Source: Macrostomum lignano
Lineage: Eukaryota
Assembly (NCBI GenBank): GCA_002269645.1
Contig: NIVC01001393.1
Coordinates: forward strand, 124,001 to 188,000
Length of the DNA stretch: 64,000 nt
Direction: 5' to 3'
Shown here: positions 50,471 to 60,989 of the stretch, in pieces
Numbering within the stretch: the stretch's first letter is position 1
Layout of the letters: every line of letters begins with the position of its first letter
The notes under the pieces: generated by a model
Told to the model about the DNA's origin: nothing
The model's database searches: none
What the model saw: the letters and a program-made list of their open reading frames with translations, nothing else
Translations under genes and position numbers: made by a program

Positions 50471-51117
50471 ATGGCTGGAAAATCCAGACTCCAGTGCGCA
50501 GCCTATGGATGCCCAAACTATGCCTACAAGTGCCCTCCGGACACCCGATTTCATCGATTTCCGTCAAGCCGCGAGAGGTGAGTAAACTTATTATATGAGG
50601 GGTCTTTCAAAAGTTCGTAGAAAAGCCATCTCCCCTTAAACATATGCCCTTGAAAATTTTCCATTCTCCAAGCTTTCTCCTCCATTCTCCAGGAGGCTGG
50701 CTGCTTTTCAAGCTATTCAAATCTGAGGAAAAGTGCGAGGAGTGCCAGCAGTCGTTAAAAGGCGATGGCTCGGGAGAGATGCGCTTCCTGCAGCTTAAGA
50801 ACGGACAGGGCGGGACTGGAAATCTGATCATTCCCAACAAGGCAGTCATATCTGCAGTCTGTCAGATGGAGCGCTCCTTCACGACAACGGACAAAGAGCT
50901 TCTGAAGGACGTGAGCAAACGGCTTCAGGAAAAGTTCTTTCCCATTGTTCTTGCAAATATTCAGACGCACAGCTCGGATCACGGCGAACGCTGTGCTAAG
51001 GCAATGGCCAAGTTGTTTGCCAGACTTCGCCTGCATCACTGGTGCAACAGTCAGAGGACGCTCGCTCAGCAGAGAAAGCGGGGGCGTGCGACAGGAATAA
51101 TGAGAGCTGAAGACTAA
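50471..51117 (+). pseudogene. Internally deleted THAP / P-element-type (THAP9-like) transposase
   Basis: Exon 50471-50577 MAGKSRLQCAAYGCPN...RFHRFP (THAP start, donor GTGAGT). Exon from 50693 GGWLLFKL...KCEEC...LKNGQGG..LIIP...RLRLHH resembles the P-transposase C-terminus. The phases are incompatible and the catalytic core is absent. Confidence 0.75.
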
Positions 51118-51422
51118 AGAGAGGAAGAAGCTGATGCGATTAAATGCTGTTTAACTGTAGTTTAACTCTGATGCGAATGAATTCTGCTTAACTGGAGTTC
51201 TTCAGAGTGTTTGGTTTGTTTAGATGATAAAATACGAAAAAATGATAAAATTTTACATTTGGTCCTCCAAGTGGGATCTCTGACTACCTGCGAGACTTTG
51301 CTAAATTATTCTTCGCTAATTTTATACTACTGGCCATAGACTTCACAACAAGAGTAGTGCACACGAATTTTAATTCGGCTTCATGGAAATCGCTCGATTT
51401 GGCATTCTGTGTATATTCTGTG

Positions 51423-51886
51423 AGTATAGAGTGCCAATAAGGATGAAAATCTGAAGCCAATTTTTAGAATCCACCCACCCCCTCCGGTCACCAAGCTTTT
51501 TAGTCTATGGCACAAGTTGTGGCTAGAATGGTGTACAAAGCCGATGCTTAAGATTAATACAGATGCATCAGAAACACAGTTATTGCAATTAGCTACCGCG
51601 CACTTTAGTGGCATGGCTTTTGTTGTTCAGACGTAAGGGCTATGGCATGGCTGTTACGGAGTTGTGTATCGATGACGGCAACTGAGTCTGGTGACTGAGC
51701 GATGTTGTCTTGCTTATTTGATACATGCATTTTCTAAGTGTGAAATGTCTTATATTTCTGAGCATCGGCTTTGTACACCATTCTAGCCACAACTTGTGCC
51801 ATAGACTAAAAAGCTTGGTGACCGGAGGGGGTGGGTGGATTCTAAAAATCAGCTTCAGATTTTCGTCCTTATTGGCACTCTATACT
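51423..51886. repeat. 126-bp inverted repeat with a 212-bp spacer containing a THAP-like start (-)
   Basis: Arms at 51423-51548 and 51761-51886 with about 3 mismatches; the spacer reads MPLKCAVANCNN on the minus strand from 51614. Confidence 0.85.
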
Positions 51887-52430
51887 AGGCGACCTCAATA
51901 CTCTTTGGTGTAGCTATATGTAAATATGCATCCGTGAATTTGACTTGACTTACTTGACTTAGCTGCAGGAGGCATCGTCCGGCGGATGCAGCGAGGAGGC
52001 GGAGGAGACCGTCCATTTTGCTAGGCCCTGGCGACCAATGACTTCCATCGAAGTGATGTCGCTTAGGGGGACCCGTCGGTCTCGCCTGCAACACGGTCCT
52101 CCTCACCGGCAGTGGGGAAGAACTCAGCTCGTCCCGTGTCCTTAAGGTACCGAGAGCGGTATGCTCTCAGGCCTTCAAACGTTCCTGCATCTGTGAATTT
52201 AGTCTGTGACAGAAACTGACGATCATTTTTTGCATGATTAAAACAGTTTCCTTAGCCATCTAAGAGACAAAAATATGAGTAGTTCCTTAGTTTCTTAATC
52301 ATTTAAATAATGGTATATTCTTCTGCAGTCGGCACTGCAGATGAGTGCATTGACTAGCGTTTCCCTATAGGCTAGCAGTCTATGGTAAAAGAAAGACAAT
52401 AACACGCAGTCTCGTAAGAAGTCTCTTTGG

Positions 52431-53385
52431 CCATAGACAATTTGAACAGAACAGTCATTTAAGCGAGCATCAGTAAGAACTGTTTGCTGCGAGATATAAA
52501 GCTTGGGCAAATGCTACTTGAGTATGCAGAACTAAATTAATTAAAAGCGAGACATGTCTACATCTTCTAAACTTCTACCGCCGTTACTTAACTACAACGC
52601 TCTGCCGACGGATGAGATTAGTGGCGTCAGTGGCGCCAAAGCCCCTTAAAGGACTGCCTGGTCAACAGTTCCGGTTCTCTGAGAAATGTGCACGGGGATT
52701 TCGATTCCTAAAAGATTTCATGAAGACCCTGAGTGCTAAAGCTGGATTGAGTAAAAATTACACTAATCACTGTATCCGGTAAGTGTTGACCTCTGTTCAA
52801 GAATGATAAATGTTTTACAATATTCGTTCAATAATTATTTATTCTATAACTTTCAGTGTCACTAGAGTATGCGACCTTGAAAGCCGTGGCCATTCGTTGC
52901 CAAGCATTATGATGGTAACGGGACACAAATGCGAAAAGACCGTGAAGCGATACTTAAGCACGCGCCGCGATCGGAGTTTGTTTAAGAGTTCCGAGGTCGT
53001 ACACGATGCATTGCATCGTGACATTCCAAGCGCTGGTGAACAGGCCTCTGGTTCCGGCTTGTGTGCTGCTGAAAAATTTGATAAACCTACCGCCTGCACA
53101 TCCGTGTTGACTGTCGCCAGCAGCAGTGTCGCTACGGTATCGCACAACAAACCTGTTCAAATCCAAGCTAGCCCGGCAAAAAAAATGCGTGTCAATATCG
53201 ATGGCGGTAATAATTTGATAAGTATTGAATTTGAGTAACGACTTTTTTGACAAGAATTTTAAACAATTTGTTGCTCGAAAAGGCTATTAACAAAAAACGT
53301 TTAATTGTGTCAAATACGTTTTTTTTACTCCGTATCGTTTGCACGTTTGTCAGTTTTTCGTTATTATGAAATAAAAACCATAGAC
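52431..53385 (+). mobile_element. Crypton-type (DUF3504-like) tyrosine recombinase remnant A, bounded by direct CCATAGAC
   Basis: LLNFYRRYL...FMKTLSAKAGLSKNYTNHCIR | intron 52779-52856 | VTRVCDLESRGHS...VTGHKCEKTVKRYL, giving HxxR, GH and the catalytic Y. Confidence 0.82.
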
Positions 53386-53482
53386 TATAACTTGCATACA
53401 TGTTGACTTTTTATCTATGGACAAAAACACGCAAGTGTGGACAATAACACGCATCCCAAATGCGTGTTAATGGGTAGCGAAA

Positions 53483-53616
53483 TGCTTGTCAATGGTAAGT
53501 TGTGTATGCGGTTGCCGAGATAGACAATAAGAAATTGTCACGAGTGGCGAAGCCACGAGTGACAATTCTTATTGTCTATGAGGCAACCGCATACACAACA
53601 ACATTGACAAACGCAC
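53483..53616. repeat. Long hairpin with a central GTGGC-GGAA-GCCAC loop
   Basis: Near-perfect arms of about 48 bp from 53499 to 53599, with an imperfect extension. Confidence 0.85.
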
Positions 53617-53729
53617 CCGACAAGATTTCCTCCGTTGCACAAACCGTCATTGAGCAACGTTGCTCAATGACGGTATAAAAATAGCTCTACTTGTTCGTGA
53701 GGATTGGCTGGGCAGAGGAGAAGGATGGA

Positions 53730-54662
53730 CCATAGACAAAAAAACATTGGCTAAAGCTGACGGAAGGATGGAAGGAAGGAAGGAAGGCAAGAGTAGAAGC
53801 CCCAAGCCTGAACAGTCTGAACCACCAGTGAGCGCCTTAAACTTGCAAATGATAAATTGGGCTAATCTACCTGTTGACGCCTTAAACGGTGTCACCGCAC
53901 CAGAGTTGCGACTCTTGACGCATCTAAGTTCGGCCGATCATAGGATCATGGCAAACAGCTGGAGCTGCTACAGCTATACGGCGCAACCCTGCCAGCTGAG
54001 ACGAAGGATGACACCTTCTTTCCCCGGCCAATGCCCAACAAGAACGGTCAGGTCGTGTATTCGGCGAAGCAGACGCGCGGGATCAACTGGCTGGGCTCCC
54101 TGATGCAGCGCCTCAGTCAGGTCTGCACATTGTCTAAGCGGTACACCAATCATTGCATCCGCGTGACGCGGATCGCAGATCTGCGGGACGCCGGATTCAC
54201 CATCAATGACATCATGAGCATCACGGGCCAGCAGAGTGAGGCGACCGTGCGACGGTACCTGTCACGCAAGCGAGATCGCACGATGAGGGATCTGGCAACG
54301 TCTGTGAGCGACGCACTGGTCCGGCATGTGGAGGGCGAATCGGAGCCCGCCCCACGGGTGGTGTCAAGTGCGACTAGCAACGTGAGCAACAGAGCCGTCA
54401 GCGTTACGGGCCGCAACTACGCTGCGGTATTTGGTGACTGCAGTTTCACCAACTGCACTTTCACGATCGGACCGCCCCAGGAGCCCCACTGAGCATCTGC
54501 ATCTGTATTTTGACAATGGACAGAGGGAGTGCAGCACATGCTGCTGTCAGTTGCGTTACTGTTTCAATTGCGCTAATTGTTTCAAATCGTTTCAATTCGT
54601 TTTTGCCTAAAATAAAGTCAAAAAGGCCAATCTGTTTGGCGTGGCCTGGCGTGGCCATAGAC
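53730..54662 (+). mobile_element. Crypton-type tyrosine recombinase remnant B, bounded by direct CCATAGAC
   Basis: N-terminal MINWANLPVDALNG (53849), then TFFPRP...YTNHCIRVTRIADLRDAGF...ITGQQSEATVRRYL...FTNCTF (ORF 54031-54492). Confidence 0.85.
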
Positions 54663-55342
54663 ATCCGTCTACCGTTGAACAATCATGATTATTGGGTCTG
54701 AGTGGGGAAGTTGGTCAATGCCCACTAATTTTAAACCATATAGTGTGCTGGACAAAAGTTGCAGCAGCATGCTTGAGAGAAAATATCTGGCTATAAAAAA
54801 ATACGAAATACCCTACCGCAGAACTTTATAGAAGCAAATTTAAAGCAGTCAACTACAGTTTATGAGAGAGCTATTCAGACTTCATGGACTCTGCTTAAAC
54901 TTCAGAGGTCCAATCAGCCTTGGACTAAAGTTCCGCAACACGCATCAGCAGCTAGAAGAGTGTAGAAGAGTCTGAACTAGAAGAGCCAGTTCAACAGCGC
55001 CTCCCACATGTTTGTACCACCTTCAACTGGTTGCCTCCTTTTGGCTGCGTTTCAACTCAGCACGCCTCCTGAAATCTCTTAATGATGTTGTCGGCTGCTA
55101 TATTCCCAGCTGATTGGCCAACAAAATCCAGTCCTCGGCGGCGCGATTAAAAGCATTGATCAATCTCTGACAATCGAGTCGAGAAATTTGCGCATAGTTG
55201 CCACGCTGCGCCATTGCGCCCTCGAAATTCCACATTGACAACTAGCAAAATTCTATGTTAATAAGATTGTCATTAACTTTTCTTAGCTCAAGTGTCCCTT
55301 TTCAGGATATCAATGAATGAAATTTCGTCTCGAATTTTCGTA

Positions 55343-56095
55343 GTCTATGGTAAAACAAGTTCCAACCAAGTATGCTTTTATATTTGAAAAGAAATTATAC
55401 TTTTATAGGATTATTATGATTTTGTTTTCTTTTACGCTTTCGTACTTTTATAATTTCGTAACAGTAACGCAACAATTTTCGGCTTGTTAGTTTATTTCAT
55501 TCAATCAAACGACGTTTTACTTTTTCCAAGCTACTGCTTACCAACGATCCAGTTAGATTAAACGTGCAATTCTGGAAGGTCCCGTTGAAGTTCACGACGA
55601 TTGCAGCCGGCTCTGATTGCCGTTCTCCATACTTGGTTTCAATAGCCATTGTCTCACTGATCGCCACTTCACCATCCTGACCAACACGACGGATAGAGAC
55701 CTGGGAGGCGCTTGTCTCGACGCTCAGCGCTGATGACATCGCACGGAAGTCGGCATCGCGCCTCACTCGCGTATAGCGCTCTACGCTCGCTGAATTCTTG
55801 TGGCCGGTGTTAACTGCGATGGTCCTGATCTTCGCTTAGGTCCTTAATCTCTTCAGCGTCTAGTTGTCGAGCGAACACGCCACTCAATTCTTCCAAATAG
55901 CGGGTTGCTGACTCTGACGACACCCAATTCAACTCCTCTGTTGACAGACCACTAATAAGTTGGTCGGGCAGATTCGCATAGTTCAACATTCTTAGTCAGT
56001 AGTTGATTAGACAGACAGAACTTTCTAGAATCGTTGCTTCAAAACGCGGCTCCCTAGCCCTGTCCTCTCGATCAATCAAAGTGTTTAGTCTATGG
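55343..56095 (-). mobile_element. Crypton-type tyrosine recombinase remnant C (minus), bounded by direct GTCTATGG
   Basis: N-terminal MLNYANLPDQLISG (from 55989) is homologous to remnant B; the 3' part reads NTGHKNSASVERY...FQNCTFN. Confidence 0.75.
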
Positions 56096-56317
56096 CACAA
56101 AGATTTGCCCATCCACCGAAAAAAATAGCCTTCGACCATAGACTTTCTCAACTTCCTGCCTATCTCTAACATAGTGCCCGCAAATTTCCACGTTGTTACC
56201 CGCAAATTTCTTGCATTGATTAAGTTAATGACAATAATTTTTTGTCGCTCGGAAGTACCATAGACAAAATATTTGGTTGAAATTGTATGGCCATAGGCTG
56301 CTTATCATAGTTTTTGG

Positions 56318-57737
56318 CCATAGACTATGTTTTCAAAGAAGAAAGGCACAGAGGTGAGAGAGAGGATTGAGAAAATGAAAGCTCTCTAATAACCCTACTA
56401 CGAGCTAGCTAGAAAAGCATCATGGAGCAGGACGAGGTGGCGTTTCCATGGATGAAGAATATAATTGGATCGCCAAAAGCTCGATTTTTTGGTCCTAGCC
56501 ATAGACAAGCACCAGCATCACAAGAAGCTCAAAATGGGATCACAACTCGTACGGCATTCGGCTGCTGTACGGACTGGGAGAACGGGGCAGAGAGCACCTG
56601 TCGAGCTTGGAAATAAAGGATTGGTTGGAGAAGAAAAGCGACTCTGAAGGAAGGATGTAACTTGGAAGGACAAAGAACAGGGCAGCTGATCAGGCGAAAG
56701 CCAAAAGTGACGTCGAAATCAAGCAGGCCAGGATATGACACAGCAATTATAGACGAGTATTTTCTATACAAACCAGTGAAATCCTGCCTGGTGAAACGAA
56801 GGACACTTCCCTGTTCCCAAGACCGCTAAGAAATTCGCCGACTGGAGCACGGCGGTTTTGTGCTGAGCAGAAGAGAGGCGTAAACTACCTCATCAACTTC
56901 ATGAAGACTCTGAGTGGAAAGGCCAAGCTATCCAAAGTGTACACCAACCATGCACTGCATCAGGTAAACCCCTTTGCCCAAACGTATAGCCTCATGATGC
57001 TTACAATTGTGCGATACCTTCTGCCCATTATGTTAGAGTCAGCAGGGTGAGCGACTTAGAAGCAGCTGGACATTCCATGACCGACATCATGGCGATAACC
57101 GGCCGGAAGTGCGAAAAGACCGTTCGCCGATATCTCTCAATCAGACGTGACAAGCTGCTAAAGAAGTGCAGCGACGCCGAAAGCAAAGTACTGGACATGG
57201 AGAAAAACCTACACCGGATTCAGATGGCCATGTTATTACGAGCGAGCGCCCATCAGCCAGTACAACAGATGGCCCAGCAGTCAACACAAGCGTCTGCCCA
57301 GTCAACATCCAGAGCTCAACGGTCCAGTGGGCGGTCAACTTCGCAAACGTTCATCCAAATGGCAAGAACATCTTCGTCATTCAAAACAGCACGTTCAACC
57401 AATGCAGTCTGTGAGAATTCATGAGCAACTGACTCTACAAGCCAAAATATTTCAAGAGACTTTAGCCCTCTTGAAATTTGAAATTTGATTGTATTTCTTA
57501 TTGTTTCTTGTCACCTTTTTGTTACTGTGCATTGTTGTATTGTATTGTATTGTTACTGTGGTATACTATTTTTCTAAATAAATTGTGGACATTATCCACA
57601 AGTCATGGACATTATCCAGAACTGTGACGCTAGAACCACAGGCTATAGAGTGAAATCAAAGTTGCGATAGTTTTTACCATAGAATATTATCTAAAAGCAC
57701 TGACTAGCGACAATGTCTGATTCATTTTGCCATAGAC
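56318..57737 (+). pseudogene. Crypton-type tyrosine recombinase remnant D (longest, with stops and frameshifts), bounded by direct CCATAGAC
   Basis: LLYGLGERGREHL (box I Arg), GRTKN (Lys), SLFPRP, FMKTLSGKAKLSKVYTNH[+4 nt]CIR | intron 56964-57036 | VSRVSDLEAAGHS...ITGRKCEKTVRRYL. Confidence 0.85.
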
Positions 57738-59137
57738 TATGAAACCCAGAAAATTCTTTTCCCTCATTCGCTTGCTTGCGTCTGGCAAAATCAATTGCAA
57801 ATAGGAAGAATTCTATTGAGGCATATACGAGTATTGTGCTACGCTCGTAAAAATGGTTGCATTTTCTGACCATAACGAGCGTCATTCAAGTAATCACAAT
57901 CTGAGCAATAAAAGGTCATCAAGGACCAAGCATTCAACCATCCCATAGGAACAAATTTTCTGTTTGAAATTTTTCTTTATTAAGAAATGAACACTTGCAT
58001 TAGTGCAAGGGTACTTCTCCACAAAAAGAAAGTTTAGTTGCTGAGCTATTATTAATTACTAATAGACTCATTGCTCTAATTGAAAGCATTTCTCCGTTTG
58101 TGTTTGTGGACGATCAACGCTTCCTAAGCTGGCCCCCGCGAAGTCTCTGGATCCCACGGCAATCGTGCAGAAGCAGACGTGCTTAAAGAGATTTTTAATT
58201 AGGTACTTGTAATTAGCTCTAGGCTACATGTAGCTGTTCCGCCTTAATTAGCAGCTTAAGGGCGGGGCTAGAGCTTTTTTGAGGTGATCAAGTTTGTTTC
58301 AAATCAGACATCTCTGAATTGGATTGTGAAAATTATAAAAAAAATTAATCCATTTTTCTGGCAAAAATGGAACAAAATAAATGCATTTACCAGTTGGAGG
58401 TTGCTGTGAAACCAAAGCTGAATTTTGCGAACTGACATCTCTTCGTTGATGGTTACCTGAGCTGCTTGCTTTTCAAACGTACGACCAGCAATGCATCTAG
58501 GATGTCAACCATTGAGCATATGCATTTGGAAATAGAAGCACTTTTAAACAGAATTCTGTAATTCTGTAATGACACCTGTTTTGTTTGAATTTCATGAAAC
58601 TTTTCAATAGTTTTCATCTCTGCAGCTGTGAACATTTTTAATCAGATTTATGTAAGATGGCAACACAAATAGTCTGAAATGCTTGCGAATAAAAGCAGAT
58701 TGTGCTCAATAGGCAAGCCCACGCTTTTAGACTGACAATTTGGCTTTCACATTTGCCTTGCTCTAGTGGTGGAAGCATTCACCATTACTCTTCAACTTCC
58801 ATTGTCCTGTGCTCAATGCTCTGTTTTCGAGTTATACCTTCAACCTGCTGGCTGAAAAGCAATTTTTAGCGCAGTTTTTTTATCTTTCTGTAGGCTTTGG
58901 GCCTCGAGGCAGACGGCAGCAGGGCAAACTCTCTCTGGGGCAGTGAAGATTCCATTCTTTTAATTTAGCATGCGCAACATGTTACTCTAGTGTTTTATAA
59001 TAGCTGTGTAGCTAGCATTTCATTTTTCTTTGTTTTCTTTGTACTCCATAAGCCCAAAGTTGTATGCACTAACTGTGTATGTATGTAGAAACTAATATGC
59101 ATTGAGATTGAATTACATTTAAAACAATGGCTTAGGA

Positions 59138-60590
59138 GTCCTCAGACTCAGTCTCCTTACCGCTGGTGGTCCTCAGACTCAGAGTCTCCTTACCGCTGGT
59201 GTTCCTCAGACTCAGTCTCCATACCACTGGTGTTCCTCAGACTCAGTCTCCTTACCGCTGGTGGTCCTCAGACTCAGTCTCCTTACCGCTGGTGGTCCTC
59301 AGACTCAGTCTCCTTACCGCTGGTGGTCCTCAGACTCAGAGTCTCCTTACCGCTGGTGGTCCTCAGACTCAGAGTCTCCTTACCACTGGTGGTCCTCAGA
59401 CTCAGAGTCTCCTTACCGCTGGTGGTCCTCAGACTCAGTCTCCTTACCGCTGGTGGTCCTCAGACTCAGTCTCCTTACCGCTGGTGGTCCTCAGACTCAG
59501 TCTCCTTACCGCTGGTGGTCCTCAGACTCAGTCTCCTTACCACTGGTGGTCCTCAGACTCAGAGTCTTCTTACCGCTGGTGGTCCTCAGACTCAGTCTCC
59601 TTACCACTGGTGTTACTCAGACTCAGTCTTCTTACCGCTGGTGTCCTCAGACTCAGAGTCTTCTTACCACTGGTGGTCCTCAGACTCAGAGTCTCCTTAC
59701 CACTAGTGGTCCTCAGACTCAGTCTCCTTACCGCTGGTGGTCCTCAGACTCAGTCTCCTTACCACTGGTGGTCCGCAGACTCAGTCTCCTTACCACTAGT
59801 GGTCCTCAGACTCAGTCTCCTCACCACTAGTGGTCCTCAGACTCAGTCTCCTCACCACTAGTGGTCCCCAGACTCAGTCTCCTTACCACTAGTGGTCCTC
59901 AGACTCAGTCTTCTTACCGCTGGTGGTCCTCAGACTCAGTCTCCTTACCACTAGTGGTCCTCAGACTCAGTCTCCTTACCGCTGGTGGTCCTCAGACTCA
60001 GTCTCCTTACCACTGGTGGTCCTCAGACTCAGTCTCCTTACCGCTGGTGGTCCTCAGACTCAGTCTCCTTACCACTGGTGGTCCGCAGACTCAGTCTCCT
60101 TACCACTAGTGGTCCTCAGACTCAGTCTCCTTACCGCTGGTGGTCCTCAGACTCAGTCTCCTTACCACTGGTGGTCCGCAGACTCAGTCTCCTTACCACT
60201 AGTGGTCCTCAGACTCAGTCTCCTCACCACTAGTGGTCCTCAGACTCAGTCTCCTCACCACTAGTGGTCCTCAGACTCAGTCTCCTCACCACTAGTGGTC
60301 CGGTCCTCAGACTCAGTCTCCTCACCACTAGTGGTCCGGTCCTCAGACTCAGTCTCCTCACCACTAGTGGTCCCCAGACTCAGTCTCCTTACCACTAGTG
60401 GTCCTCAGACTCAGTCTCCTCACCACTGGTGGTCCTCAGACTCAGTCTCCTTACCACTGGTGGTCCTCAGACTCAGTCTTCTTACCGCTGGTGGTCCTCA
60501 GACTCAGTCTCCTTACCACTGGTGGTCCTCAGACTCAGTCTCCTTACCACTGGTGGTCCTCAGACTCAGTCTCCTTACCGCTGGTGGTCC
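59138..60590. repeat. 31/33-bp minisatellite (CCTCAGACTCAGTCTCCTTACCGCTGGTGGT)n, about 45 copies
   Basis: Tandem array with AG-insertion variants; the ORFs are artefacts. Confidence 0.95.
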
Positions 60591-60989
60591 TCCGTCTACT
60601 TCTAGCGAATGCTGCGGACCAAGCAAAAGAAAACGGCCCTTAAAATCAAAGATTGCGAAGGCACAGAAGCAGCTGAGCCTAGCAGGTTTATTTAAAGAAA
60701 TTTTCCAAAATTTCCCTTTCCTTTTCTTTTTTCCACGCTATCAGCTGGTTGGAATCTGAAAAGCTTTTTATGTCAATAAAATCTCAAAAAATATGGGGAA
60801 AATCAGTTTTAATTATGCTTCTGATGTACTCGTAAATGCAAAACATATTTGTCCACACTGTGTTGACACCTGCGACATGCCGCTTTATTAGCAGCCCGGT
60901 ACCACCTGAGCTGTCGCTTTGTGCGACAGAAATCCGAATTTGCAGGTAAACACAGCTACCTGGAATTCCTGTCTGAAAAACTGCAAGAA

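Noticed and set aside
52040-52190. Minus-strand peptide FEGLRAYRSRYLKDTGRAEFFP as a fifth YR remnant
   Set aside because: The similarity to the YR 'YL...FFPRP' segment is too weak to call without a profile search.
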